Shown here: positions 1-11,400 of the stretch, piece after piece
Layout of the letters: each line of letters starts with the position of its first letter
Position numbering within the stretch: position 1 is the first letter of the stretch
Origin: Mobula hypostoma
Taxonomy: Eukaryota
DNA length: 64,000 nucleotides
Direction: 5' to 3'
Assembly: GCF_963921235.1 (NCBI RefSeq)
Contig: NC_086097.1
Coordinates: 160,582,001 to 160,646,000, forward strand
Notes under the pieces: generated by a model
Told to the model about the DNA's origin: nothing
Database searches by the model: none
Seen by the model: only the letters and a program-made list of their open reading frames with translations
Program-made: the position numbers and the translations under genes

Positions 1-39
1 TCTCCCTCTCCACTTCCCCCACACCCCCCCCCGAATAGT

Positions 40-810
40 CAAAGCACTCAAAAGAGATCTAACCTTGGAATGGGCATTGACCATAGCAATATCGTTAGAG
101 ACTGCAGCAAAGGATGCCGCAGAGCTACAGAAAAGGTTAGAATGTGAAATGCCCAAAATATCCCTGAATGGTGCAAAAATCCAAAAATGTTATCAATGTG
201 TCAAATCCTCCCATGTTGCAAATGATTGTTGGTTCAAAGACCAGGTCTGCAGAAAGTGTCAGAGTGTGCAAGGCAGACAAAAAGCACAACCGAGTGAAAA
301 GTCTCAAACACAAAACTAAGCAAATCCATAAAGTTACCGAGCATAAAACAGAATCAGACAACATAGTCCGACAAAGGTGAACTGTCAAGGCTAGAACTGC
401 ATGATATAACTGAAGCAGATCACAAAATTGTCTGGATCACTATAGACATTCCTGGTGTAAAACTGAAAATGAATCTGGATTACAGGGTCAGCTTGGTCCA
501 TAATTCCAGAAGCTGACTACAACAGACTGTTTCCTAAGATATCAAGAGAACATCTCAGTGATTCTAAAGACCTGTGCAGGTAAAAATGTGTCTCCCAAAG
601 GCAACTTGAAAGTAAAGGTGACATATGGAGGCCAAGCAGTTAGAGCTTCATGTATTGAAAAGTGGAGGACCAGAACTTTTTGAACATGAATGGTTGAGAA
701 AAATCCTACTAGACTGGCACTCAATCAAAGTCTCAGTGTGACATCAACAGGCAATGGCAGACCAAATAGTAGCACTAACCAGAAACTGGTAAAGCTGCTT
801 AATGCTTGAG
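40..810 (+). mobile_element. Ty3/Gypsy LTR retrotransposon remnant (gag zinc knuckle plus aspartic protease, degenerate)
   Basis: ORF 65..319 has CYQCVKSSHVANDCWFKDQVCRKC (CCHC knuckle). ~460-640 reads LKMNLD/TGSAWSIIPEADYNRLF...LKTCAGKNVSPKGNLKVKVTYGG across a frameshift, a retropepsin-like D-T-G region. Confidence 0.8.
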
Positions 811-849
811 AAGAGAAGAGAAACATTGAATTTCTTGAGTGGTGTTGGT

Positions 850-1570
850 ATTGCAATCGTCCAAACAAGTAACCTATGACTCATTCTGGCATGTGAAAGA
901 TGAAACCAAGGGATGAATCGCTCGTGGTAAGAACATTAAGTATTTATGCGGTCGATCTAATTGAGTTTCAGACAATAGTGATCCCCAGAAGGATGATAGT
1001 AGGAAACCCAAAAGTACAGTAATACCATAAAATGTCAAGAGAAGGTGGTTAGACGCTCTCTTGTTAGCACTTTATAGTAAGAATATTACTTACCATTTAG
1101 TAGCCCATGCTAGAATATCATCCATGCTGGTATGGGCTGTTTCACTTACTGATGATTTTCAACTGGAGTTGCTTCCAGTCTCATTTTATCAGCTGAAAAT
1201 GATTGTGCTCCAAAAAAAATCTTGCGGTAATGGCCTGAGACTGGGTTGATTGATCTCCAAATGCCACGAGTATCTTCTTGTTTAGAGAGGAACACCTAAA
1301 GCCATTAGAAGATTCCATCTGAGAACTCAGACTTCATCTTCACCAGGACGTTTTGATGCCATGCTTAGTCAATTGGCAACCATGATACCATTGTCAGTCA
1401 TTTTCATCTTTTTTCTGCTTGGACCTATATAACTGAAATGCAAAATACATTGTCAGAGAGACAGCAGTGTGGCAATTGAACTGGGACAGTTTGGCTACTT
1501 GTAGAATTGAATTATTCTCTTCTACTCCCCCCTCCCACCCCCCGCAAATGCTGGTGAATGTCCACGAATC
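850..1570 (-). mobile_element. Highly degenerate LINE fragment
   Basis: Segment 'aatgtcaagagaaggtggttagacgctctcttgttag' resembles the reverse strand of elasmobranch LINE RT regions as I recall them. No ORF remains. Confidence 0.35.
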
Positions 1571-1809
1571 TCATGAAAATGAATGACTTACTCACTGAAT
1601 TCTTCTCCTCTGGTTCAAGAGGTTCCACAGTGTGAATAAAAAGATTAACCCTTGTTTTAGTCAATAGGTAGTATTTTATGCATTTTTAGTATCTTTGTTA
1701 ACCACATCTAAGTTTTGTCATTTTCTTTATTTTAGTTTGCTGAACTCTATATGATGGAACAAAACTCTTTGAAGTATTCCAAGCTGAAACTTAGCATCAT
1801 TTTATACCA

Positions 1810-1900
1810 TAAGACATAGGAGCAGATTTAGGTCATTTGACCCATTGAGTCTGCTCCACCATTCAGTCATGGCTGATCCTTTTTTCCCTCCTCAGCTCCA
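1810..1900 (-). mobile_element. CR1/HER1 LINE 3' tail fragment
   Basis: 'taagacataggagcagatttaggtcatttgacccattgagtctgctccaccattcagtcatggctgatc' is the reverse complement of the CR1 3' end seen at 12465-12558. Confidence 0.7.
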
Positions 1901-2971
1901 CTTACTTCATTTCTGGGAGATAACTGAGGTCCCTAAAAACCTAAAGGATGGGTACCTATTAAAGGATCTGAATCTTCTTTGGCATTCTCAGAAATGTACT
2001 TGCCTCTTCTTCTCCAATGAAACAATAACAGTGAAGAGAATAAGCACAGGAGAAAATGTTTACAACCTGCTAAATGTTAGAGTAAATCCCTAGACTTATT
2101 GGTTTACTAAATGAAGTTAACTATGTTTTGGCATAAAGAAAACAAGTCAAAGTTCTGAATCTCTATCTAATAGAACTATTTATTTAGAAAAATATGTCTT
2201 CAGGATCTCAGCATTCTTCATCTCTCTGTTCTGTTGTACTACCTCTGTTCTTGTGCCACATATTAAATCAATGGATTCTTAGGCACTAATGACACTGATC
2301 TCACATAATTACTTTATCATTCAAAACATTAAACAATATATATAATTAATTGAAACATTGCAACTTGTTTTATTCTTATTATTCTACCTTTTATCCATTC
2401 CTAATGATTTAAATACAGAAACTTGAACTTTTATGCCAGAGTTAAGTGGGGAGATTCTCCAGTTTAATTGCTGCTTAACACTGGTTCAGCAAGACCACTT
2501 GACCCCCACACAGAGATACCATGATAAAGCTGCAGTCAAGAAAATATTGGAGAAACTTGGCCATTTGGTTGTTCTGTATTTATGTAGTAATCCCAAAATG
2601 TTGGCAGTAAATGTCAATAGTTCTATGTTGTATTACAGTTAATATCCTCACCCACAGATTATTAGTTTCAGTGATGTGAAAAATCATAAAAAGACCTGTA
2701 ATATAATGATCAGTCAAAAGTATAGAAGTTGGGCTTTGATGGTCGGTCTCCACAGTTACTACTAGGGTCAGATTAATTCTCAGAGGTTTTAGGAATGCCA
2801 CGTTTTTGGTTGCCAGAAACACCATATGTAAGGAAGATATTTTGTAAGAAACTAAAAACTCCTTCTTCCACTAGATTTATTCCTGACCACTGGTGCTGTC
2901 TGTGTGGAGCTTGAATCATCAGTTGATGTGCTCTGGTTTCCTCTCATCCCAAAAATGTGCTAATTGGTAGA

Positions 2972-3883
2972 ATTCCTGTTGTTTTCATGCCATCAGGTTG
3001 GAGACTGCCCAGACGGAATGTAGGGTGATGTTCCTCCAACCTGAGTGTGGCTCCATCAGGAGCTGAACAGAACAAGTGCTACACCTGCCCTTACACTTCC
3101 TCCCTCACCACCATTCAAGGCCCCAGACCGTCCTTCCAGGTGAGGCAACACTTCACCTGTGAGTCTGCTGGGGGGATATACTGTGTCCGATGCTCCCAGT
3201 GTGGCCTTCTATATATTGGCGAGACCCAACCGTAGACTGGGAGACCGTTTCACTGAACACCTACGCTCTGTCTGCCACAGAAAACAGGACCTCCCAGTAG
3301 CCACATATTTTAATTCCACGTCCCATTCCCATTCCAATATGTCAATCCATGGCCTCCTCTACTGTCGAGATGTAGCCACACTCGGGTTGGAGGAACAGCA
3401 CCTTGTGTTCCGTCTGGGTGGCCTCCAACCTGATGGCATGAACATTGATTTCTCTAACTTCCGTTAATGCCTCTCCTCCCCTTCTTACCCCATCCCTAAT
3501 GTTTTTTCCTTTTTTTTTCCCTCTCACAATAACTCCTTGCCTGTTCTCCATCTTCCTCTGGTGCTCTCCTCCGTCTTTCTTTCTTCTAAGGCCTTCCGTC
3601 CCATGATACTCCCCCTTCTCCAGCCTTGTATCCCTTTTGCCAATCACCTGTCCAGCTCTTGGCTCCATCCCTCCCCCTGCTGTCTTCTCCTATCATTTCG
3701 GATCTCCCCCTCCCCCTCCCACTTTCAAATCTCTTATTATCTCTTCTTTCAGTTAGTCCTGACGAAGGGTCTCGGCCTGAAACGTCGACTGCGCCTCTTC
3801 CTATAGATGCTGCCTGGCCTGCTGCGTTCACCAGCAACTTTGATGTGTGTTGCTTGAATTTCCAGCATCTGCAGAATTCCTGT
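2972..3883 (+). mobile_element. Penelope-like element (Neptune-like), 5'-truncated: GIY-YIG endonuclease plus terminal repeat, with a short inverted 5' piece (~2983-3058)
   Basis: KCYTCPYT...FQVRQHFTCESAGGIYCVRCSQCGLLYIGET / RRLGDRFTEHLRSV...LQPDGMNIDFSNFR is a GIY-YIG domain. ~2983-3058 is the reverse complement of ~3370-3443. Confidence 0.9.
3750..3791 (+). ncRNA. Minimal type I hammerhead ribozyme motif, core intact
   Basis: AGTC(3755-58)-CTGACGA(3759-65)-AGGGTCTCGGCCT(stem II)-GAAA(3779-82)-C-GTC(3784-86)-GACT(3787-90). Stem I is AGTC/GACT and stem III is the palindrome ACGT. Confidence 0.85.
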
Positions 3884-4420
3884 TAATTGGTAGATTAGTT
3901 GGTCGCTGTAAATTGCAGCAGGTGAGTGGTAGAATCAGGGAGAGTTGATTGGGGTATGGTGAAAATAGAACAGGATTACTGTAGGAATTTCAAAATTGGG
4001 TGAGCTTTATAATTGGTGGTGACTCAGTGGACTAAAGGGACTTCTGTGTGCTGTGATTCTTTAAGTTGATTCTCCTTGGTGTTAATGTTGTGGTTGCATT
4101 ATGTTCTGTTCTGTTGTTCAGCATTCCCTGGGACTATTGTACAACTCTTGAAAGAATAGTGTGGGATCTGAGAATAAATGGCAAAAGTAGGCTGAATATG
4201 AACTATTTTTCACATTCTGCTTGTTTTCTTTTGGGAGGGGGATAGTTTTGGCACCATTGAGGATGGTTTTGAAATTTCCGATGCAAAGGTGGAAACTATG
4301 GAATGTGTTCTCTAGTTAATTAAAAGTAACTTTTATAACCTATCTGAGAAATCTGAAAAACTTTGTTAAAGCCTAATGATGTAATAAATGTTGAGCATTT
4401 CTAAAAGGGCTCTCTAAAAC

Positions 4421-4587
4421 AAATACAAAAAAATGCAGGAAATACTCAGCTAATCAGGCAGCATTATTATTGTTGCATATCAATAATTTTTCATCTCCTC
4501 TGTAGATGATGCCTGACCTGTTAAGTTCCTCCAGCAATTTGTGTATGTTGCTCTGGATCTACAGCATCTGCAGAATCTCTTGTGTTC
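4421..4587. repeat. Inverted pair of degenerate Penelope-related terminal fragments
   Basis: 'aaatgcaggaaatactcagctaatcaggcagcat' is inverted relative to 'atgatgcctgacctgttaagttcctccagcaatttgtgt...cagcatctgcagaatctcttgtgtt'; both match the PLE terminus at 3805-3883. Confidence 0.6.
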
Positions 4588-4669
4588 ATCAAGTGAATAA
4601 TTTTCTTGAAGACCTAGCTGTCCAGCAGTTGATACTTATGCCTCAAAACTTTAAGGACTTGTTTGATCC

Positions 4670-4950
4670 TGACCTTCTGCTTGTTAGTTTGCATGTTTTC
4701 CCCATGACTGCATGGACATCTGTTTCCCCTCACATCCTACAGATGTGGTAGTTTGTATGTACGTTAATTGATCTCTGAAGTTCTTTTTTTGGGAGGGTTG
4801 TAGAAAATTTAGTGAGGAGTTAGTGGGCATGAGAGAAAAGTGGACAGAATTAAGTAAGTAGGGCCATAGAATTCATTGGATTCCTTTATGGGCTAGTGTA
4901 GACTCAATGAGCCATATGACCTGTGTGTTGTGATAAAATATGGAAAATAT
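4670..4950 (+). mobile_element. HE1-like SINE, degenerate
   Basis: 'gtttgcatgttttccccatgactgcatggacatctgtttcccctcacatcctacagatgtg...' followed by a CR1-like tail. Confidence 0.55.
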
Positions 4951-5659
4951 GTTATTCATGCTATTCCTGATAGATAACTTGCTATTCAATTGCAAATTTC
5001 TAAGTTCACATATACCCTACCGGTTTTGATATGATCTTTTTTGTGGTTTGAAAAACCCTTTTTTATCAGCTCCATCTTCAATGGCTGATAATTTTCAAAT
5101 TGAATTTCAATTGTGTATTCCCATTGACCTTAAACTGGCTTAGCTGAACCTGATTCCTCTGCCATGTTAGAATAATGCAGTGCATTAACACAGCATCTTC
5201 TCATGCCTTGGGCTGTGTTAAAGTAGTCTTGGCTGGTAGAATTAACATCCGTCCTTGCCAACTACAGGAATGGGAACAATATCAAGTTTGGGTGGTGCTT
5301 CTGATATGTGCTTATAATTAAATTAGTCCAATTTGGATTCTCACAACCCATTTGCAAATTTTACAGGAGTTGGCTTTGCCCCAGAATGAAAGCCAATGAA
5401 AATGTTCGTGAATATAAAATTGATAGCTTTTAGCTACACAGATGGTTAGTTTGCCAGCCAACACATTGCCAAAGAAGGCAGCAGGCAGCAGAAGCTTTGA
5501 AAGGCATCGTGTCTGAAACTGAAACATTATGTTGGAACATAGAACGTAGCAGAGCATAGAACAGGGACTTTGGCCCACAATGTTGTGCCAAACTAATTAA
5601 TCTAGTAACTAAGTGCCTAACTAAACTGATCCACAGACTTAAAAGATAAACTAGTCCTT

Positions 5660-7157
5660 CCCTGTTCGCTACATCAATGACTGCATTGGCACTGCTTCCT
5701 GCACTAGCGCTACTTCCTGTATGCTAACTGAGCTTGTTGACTCCAACTTCCACCCTGCCCTCAAATTTACCTGGTCCATTTCCGACACCTCCCTCCCCTT
5801 GATCTCTCTGTCTCTGGAGACAGCCGATCGACTGATGTCTACCATAAGCCCACGGACTCCCACGGCTACCTGGACTATTCCTCTTCCCACCGTTACTTGT
5901 AAAAATGCCATCCCCTTCTCTCAATTTCTCCGTCTCCACTGCATCTGCTCTCAGAATAAGGCTTTTCATTCCAGGACGAGGGAGATGTCCTCCTTTTTTA
6001 AAGAAAGGGGCTTCCCTTCCTCCACCAACAACTCTGCCCTCAAACGCATCTCTCCCATTTCACACACATCTGCTCTCACCCCATCTTCCCGCCATCCCAC
6101 TACGGATAGGGTGCCCCTCATCCTCACCTACCACCCCACCAGCCTCAGTGTCCAACATATAATTCTCCGTAACTTCAGCCATTTCCAACGGGATCCCACC
6201 ACCAAGCACACCTTTCCCTCTCCCCCCCACCCCCCCCCCCCCACACACACACACACACACACACACGGATCGCTCCCTACATGACTCCCTTGTCCAATCG
6301 TCCCCCCGCCCCCATCCCTTCTCACAGATCTCCCTCCAGGCACTTATCCTTGTAAGCGGAGCAAGTGCTCCACCTGCCCTTACACTTCCTCCTTCACCAC
6401 CATTCAGGGCCCCAGATAGTCCTTCTAGGTGAGGCAACACTTTACCTCTGAGTCTGCTGGTGTGATATACTGTGTCCACTGCTCCTGGTGTGGCCTTCGA
6501 CATATTGGTGAGACCCGACGCAGACTGGGAGACCGTTTTGCTGAACACCTACGCTCTGTCCGGCAGAGGAAGCAGGATCTCCCAGTGGCCACACATTTTA
6601 ATTCCATGTCCCATTCCCATTCTGATATGTCAATCCATGGCCTCCTCTACTGTCGAGATGACGCCACACTCAGGTTGGAGGAATAATACCCTGTATTCCG
6701 TCTGGGTAGCCTCCAACCTGATGGCATGAACATTGACTTCTCAAACTTCTGCTAATGCCCCACCTCCCCCTCGTACCCCATCTGTTATTTATTTATATAC
6801 ACACATTTTTTCTCTCCCTCCTTTTTCTCCCTCTGTCCCTCTCACTATACCCCTTGCCCATCCTCTGGGTTTTTTATTCCCCCCCACCCTTTTCCTTCTC
6901 CCTAGGCCTCCTGTCCCATGATCCTCTCATATCCCTTTTGCCAATCAACTGTCCAGCTCTTGGCTCCATCCCTCCCCCTCCTGTCTTCTCCTATCATTTT
7001 GGATCTCCCCCTCCCCCTCCCACTTTCAAATCTCTTACTAGCTCTTCCTTCAGGTAGTGCTGACAAAGAGTCTTGACCTGAAACGTCGACTGTACTTCTT
7101 CCTATAGATGCTGCCTGGCCTGCTGCGTTCATCAGCATTTTGTGTGTTGCTTCCTTC
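5660..7157 (+). mobile_element. Penelope-like element (Neptune-like), 5'-truncated: RT C-terminal half, Cys-rich linker, GIY-YIG, terminal repeat
   Basis: RYINDCIG at 5667 (degenerate YxDD), FHPALKFTWSISDTSLP, AIPFSQFLRLHCICSQ, FKERGFP, VPLILTYHP, YPCKRSKCSTCPYT, GVIYCVHCSWCGLRHIGETRRRLGDRFAEH. Multiple frameshifts and stops; (C)n/(CA)n tract at 6222-6266. Confidence 0.92.
7051..7092 (+). ncRNA. Hammerhead ribozyme motif, core-mutated
   Basis: CTGACAA (7060-66, G>A in CUGANGA) ... GAAACGTC-GACTG, at the same position in the PLE terminus as 3750-3791. Confidence 0.6.
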
Positions 7158-8109
7158 CCTGTTTGTCACTTTTATGTTCCTTATGGTTATCATTTTCAAG
7201 CCTGATGGATATTGTCCATGCAAAATTAGATATTTGAGGAAAGTCAGGCAAGCACCCAGAAGAATAGTGACTTTATATGGAGCAGGCAGTAGCTGGAACA
7301 CCAAGGCAAATGAAAGGTCTTTTGTTAAATTTGGCTTTGCCAAGATTTATAAATTAAATCTAAGGTTCCTTTCAACTTCTGATGAATGTATAGTGCAGGT
7401 GAGATGGGCTGATAGAATCTATTGTTGGATGCAATTTATTCTATGTCCACAGGCAGAGAAGGGTCTGATTTGCAGTTATGAATCAAGTGGCCACATTTCT
7501 CATATCCCATCCAAATCCCATGTGAAAGGGAAATAACCTTAAATCCATAGAGAATTAAACAAGTAAAATAGCATCCTAGAAAGAACTGCTTCCATTGATA
7601 TTCATTTAAAATGCTGTTCCTGTGTGATAACTTTTTGATGAGAAACATGAAAACAGCTTGAAACAGGACCTCATTGACAATACTGACATTTTTCTGGCAG
7701 CTACACTTACTGATAGAGCACAGAATCCACTGCAGCTACAATAGTTCACCAAGGCATACAGCCAGCTACTTGTGAGGCATTCCCATCAACTACAGATTGA
7801 AATCCATCGTTTTGTTTCAGAAGTACTCAGTGAGCTTTCCAGGTGCGTGATTGAATACCTCCCTCTCTAGACCCATCACCTTCAGAGCAGTTTTTCACTA
7901 CAAAAGCTCAGTAGTGGCTGTGAGAAGCATATAAATATTTCCAATAAAGAATGATTTGCGTTTTCTTCTTTCCAGAACAATGATTATTGCTTTACAGCCA
8001 GTGAATTACGTTTGAAATATACTGTAGTCACTGTTGTTCTGAAAGAAATGAGTGGTCCAATTTGCATGCAGCAAATTTCCTCAGACAGCAAGGTAATATA
8101 AATCAGACC

Positions 8110-8895
8110 ACACCATCCTGGCTTGCAAATATATTGCCAATCCTTCACTGGTTTTGAATCAATATCCTGGAACTGGTCCCCAATACTACAGTGGTAATAT
8201 TAGATTATGAAGACATGCAGCCCTCTTTTATTGTCATTTAGTAATGCATGCATTAAGAAATGATACAATATTTCCTCCGGTGTGATATCACAAAACACAG
8301 GACAGACCAAGACTAAAAAACTAACAAAACCACATAACTATAACATATAGTTACAACAGCGCAACAATACCATAACTTGATGAAGAACAGTCCATGAGCA
8401 CAGTAAAAAGTTCAAAGTCTCTCAAATGTCCCACATCTCACGCAGATGGGAGAAGGAAGAAAAACTCTCCCTGCCATGCCCGACCACAGTCCGACTCTGA
8501 GTCGTCCGAAAACTTCGAGCCTCCGATCAGCTCTCCGACACAGAGTACCGAGCACCATCTCTATCCGAACGATTCGACCTCAATCTTGCTTGCCAACAGC
8601 AGGCTAAGCCGGGGATTTTGAGGCCTTCCCTCCGGAAGATTCTCCACCACGCAGTAACAACAGCAGCGAACAGGCATTTCAGAAATTTCTCCAGATGTTC
8701 CTTTCTGCTTTCACATCTGTCTCCACCAAATCAGAATTGTCCACGGCCCCTATTTAACGGATACGATATCATTTTCACCGGAGGGCTCTGCATGCGCAGC
8801 ACACTGCTATCTCTCCTCCCGCCTTTTCACAAAATGAATGAAGTTGCTCTCCATCACGTTCTCAAGGGCAATTAAGGATGGACAATGAATGCAGG
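8110..8895 (+). mobile_element. Old LINE 3' end (L2-like), interrupted by the 8201-8823 repeat
   Basis: 'catcctggcttgcaaatatattgcc...tcctggaactggtcccc' and 'ccatcacgttctcaagggcaattaaggatggacaatgaatgc' flank the insertion. Confidence 0.45.
8201..8823 (-). mobile_element. ~620-bp non-coding interspersed repeat (non-autonomous retroposon-like), copy 1
   Basis: Aligns end to end, inverted, with 60130-60762. On the minus strand it ends AATAAAAAGAGGGCTGCATGTCTTCATAATCTA. Confidence 0.85.
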
Positions 8896-8944
8896 AATGG
8901 ACTCCTAAAGGCTGAAAATGAAATTTAAAGATCTTAATTTTTAG

Positions 8945-9175
8945 GACTGTTGAATGAGGAATAAATCTTGACCATTATGACTCTCCTTCAAAACAATACA
9001 ATCAGATCTTTTTTTCCAAACTGAAAGGCAAACAGTGTCACTTCAATGTCCCATCTGATTCAGTGCAGCCCTTCCTTAGTACTGACTGTGACTGGAGTCT
9101 AAATCATTTTGTTTCTCCAACTGCTTCAGTGGATCTTTCTGAATCAGTCACAAGAATGATCCATCTGAGAGAGCC
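8945..9175 (-). mobile_element. Degenerate DeuSINE-like (SacSINE/AmnSINE-type) fragment
   Basis: Loose reverse-complement similarity to 51437-51830, judged by eye. Confidence 0.35.
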
Positions 9176-9819
9176 AATATTATCACTTTCCAATTTGAAG
9201 CTTAGTTGAAGTACCAATATGTCTCAATTTCTGACATCTCTTTTCCTCCTGTCATTTACTAGAAATGAGACAACTACAGGTCTATCTTTGTATTTTCCCT
9301 GGCCATTTAGTGAGATGGGGAAACACGAGGTCATTCCAGATCTCACATAGGTATGAGTTAACTAAAGAAAAAGAGTTGATACATTTATACCATTGGTACT
9401 CAACCATTGGGCTGAGATTGATTTAACTTTAATGCAACCCCCCCCCCACACACAGAAAATGGGAATAGATGGAGTCGTGGCAGAATTTCAGCTACAGTCT
9501 GATTGAAAGACAGAGCAGGCTTGTAGTCTACTTCAATTCCTTGCATAAAAATAACATGGTAAGAAATTGCTTAGGACTTTTTCTGTCACTGTTCGTCCCA
9601 GCTACATTGAAGAAAATGAAGAAGATAATGATGAAAAAGAATGATGTATAATGTGTGAAGAGCTGAAATAGAAAAGGAAAGTGTTGTAGATACTCAGCAG
9701 GTTGGGCAGCATCAGCATAGAGAGCAAAAGAGGCAATGTTTCAAGTCACTAATGCTTATTGATGGTTGTTTAATTCCAGCCTCGGCAGAAAGGGAGAGAT
9801 TATCTTAACTGATTTTCAT

Positions 9820-10240
9820 CGAATGAACCTCTATCAGTCAGGGTTGATCCTGGATATTGCATCCTAGCTGTTTAGATACGCAAGTCTGGACAGTTCAATA
9901 TGCAGAGCAAGCTGTTGCCCATGCAGCAAACTCTCCCTCACCGCACATCTAATGAACACAAAAGAAAAGCAGAGACTGGTAAGTGGTAACAGCAGCATCG
10001 CAGGAGTTTCTAGTCAGCGTTAAACTCAATGTAGGACTGCCTTAGGGACTCAAGCTCCGGATATTCCTTCCTAGGGTTTACTCCCAAAGCCTTCCCCATA
10101 AGTGGGTATAGCCTCAAGGCTGCGGAGGTTTGAGATCAGAGTTTTCCTTCTCCTAGTTGAGCTGCGAACCATGGCTGACAAGCCAACTTCTGCCCGAAGC
10201 GACGAGTTTTAAGGCGCCAGTAACCCGGCTTTGCCACCCC
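9820..10240 (-). mobile_element. RTE-type LINE 5'-region-derived non-coding repeat
   Basis: Minus strand has 'ggcttgtcagccatggttcgcagctcaactaggagaaggaaaactctgatctcaaacc', a motif I recognise from RTE/Expander 5' UTRs. GC and CpG content is higher than in the flanks. Confidence 0.5.
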
Positions 10241-11259
10241 CAGCTAAAACAAACTTAAGGAACCAGATCTTCATCAATCCCAATAAAAAACAAGTTAAGT
10301 GCACAGTGGGGTCTATTAACTATCAGCACCTCTTGTTGACTATTAATGTAAATGAAACCACAGAGATGGCTTCCAGGAGTTCTACACTATCCGATAAAAG
10401 GAGAAAAAATGGGAAGTGAAGGTGAAAGGAAAACCTGGAAGGATTTTTTTTTTGGCTTATGCATATAAAGAGCAAACACTTAAATGGTTGAGACTGGAGA
10501 AAAAGCGAATATTCTCCTGATTCTTCTCATCATTGACCTATAGTCCCTTTTGTCCCAAGAGTCACTGCTGAGTGACATAAAAATGCTCTGTATGTTTATT
10601 GAGTTTTACCCTTGGGGTCCAAAGCAAAAACAAAATTCTGGCAGCTGTATAAAGAGTTATGATCTCTAAAGTAAAGAACATTCTCTGTTCAGTGCCCGGT
10701 CATGGCACAGTATTAGGCACCCCTGGGTCAGTGACAAATTAGAATAAGCCAGTGGGAATGGCAATGGTTCAAAAAGCAACAATGTGTAAATAACAGAATA
10801 TTTTCAGCAGCAACCCCAGCCATAGCAGAGCGCTAAGCATCACTGATTTTCAACTACGTGGGTCCAGTACAAATGCTAGCCACATTTAAGTTGGAGCAAT
10901 CCTCAACTGGTTAATCCTAGATAGTTTCTAATTGGAGTTAACATGCAGATTTGCTCTTTGCCTACTTTGTTCTCATTAACTCCATAGAAGTACCGTTTCT
11001 CTGCGGATCCTGTGAATAATAGTAAGTCTGTTTTGAGAATGAAACTAAGGAACTATTTGGATAAATCCTAGTCCAATATTGCATTATCCTATGATTTCAT
11101 ACCTAAATCTGTTATGACTTAATCAATTTCCTCTCATCATATGTTGCTTTCTTTTTACGTCATTTACTGATTTAGGTTTGAGTGCAGTTCAGTAGCTAGC
11201 CGTAAATTTCTTCATTGATTTTATTGGAAAAGTTGCCAATCAGGGCTGAGATCAGAGGC

Positions 11260-11400
11260 CAGGTGGGGTGACACAGAGGAGCAGCTAGGAAAGCTGCTGC
11301 TTCATAACTCCAGTTCAATCATGTAGTCTGCTGTCTATGTTGAGTTCAGGCATTCTCCCGGTGACCACGTGCCTTTCTCCAATGTCTTCTGCATGTCTTC
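11260..11400 (+). mobile_element. HE1-like SINE 5' fragment
   Basis: tRNA-like head 'gcagctaggaaagctgctgcttcataactccagttcaatc' followed by 'ctgctgtctatgttgagttcaggcattctcccggtgaccacgtg'. Confidence 0.55.

Larger units (their letters stand above)
2885..4060 (+). mobile_element. HE1-like SINE split by a Penelope insertion (SINE parts ~2885-2971 and 3884-4060)
   Basis: 'ggtgctgtctgtgtggag...ctctggtttcctctcatcccaaaaatgtgc' resumes as 'ggtagattagttggtcgctgtaaattgc...' with a CR1-like tail. 'taattggtaga' is duplicated at 2961-2971 and 3884-3894. Confidence 0.65.

Noticed and set aside
3537..3886. Recurrent ORFs such as SVSPDEGSRPETST...DAAWPAAFTS (also ~6900-7140, 39100-39450, 40650-41190)
   Set aside because: These are translations of the non-coding Penelope terminal repeat; the conservation is explained by the repeat and the hammerhead, not by a protein.
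6222..6266. C-run plus (CA)n giving PPPTHTHTH in ORF 5721..6284
   Set aside because: A microsatellite expansion within a decayed element; other copies lack it.
7108..7536. 142-aa ORF
   Set aside because: It begins in a repeat terminus, has no recognisable motif and no splice support.
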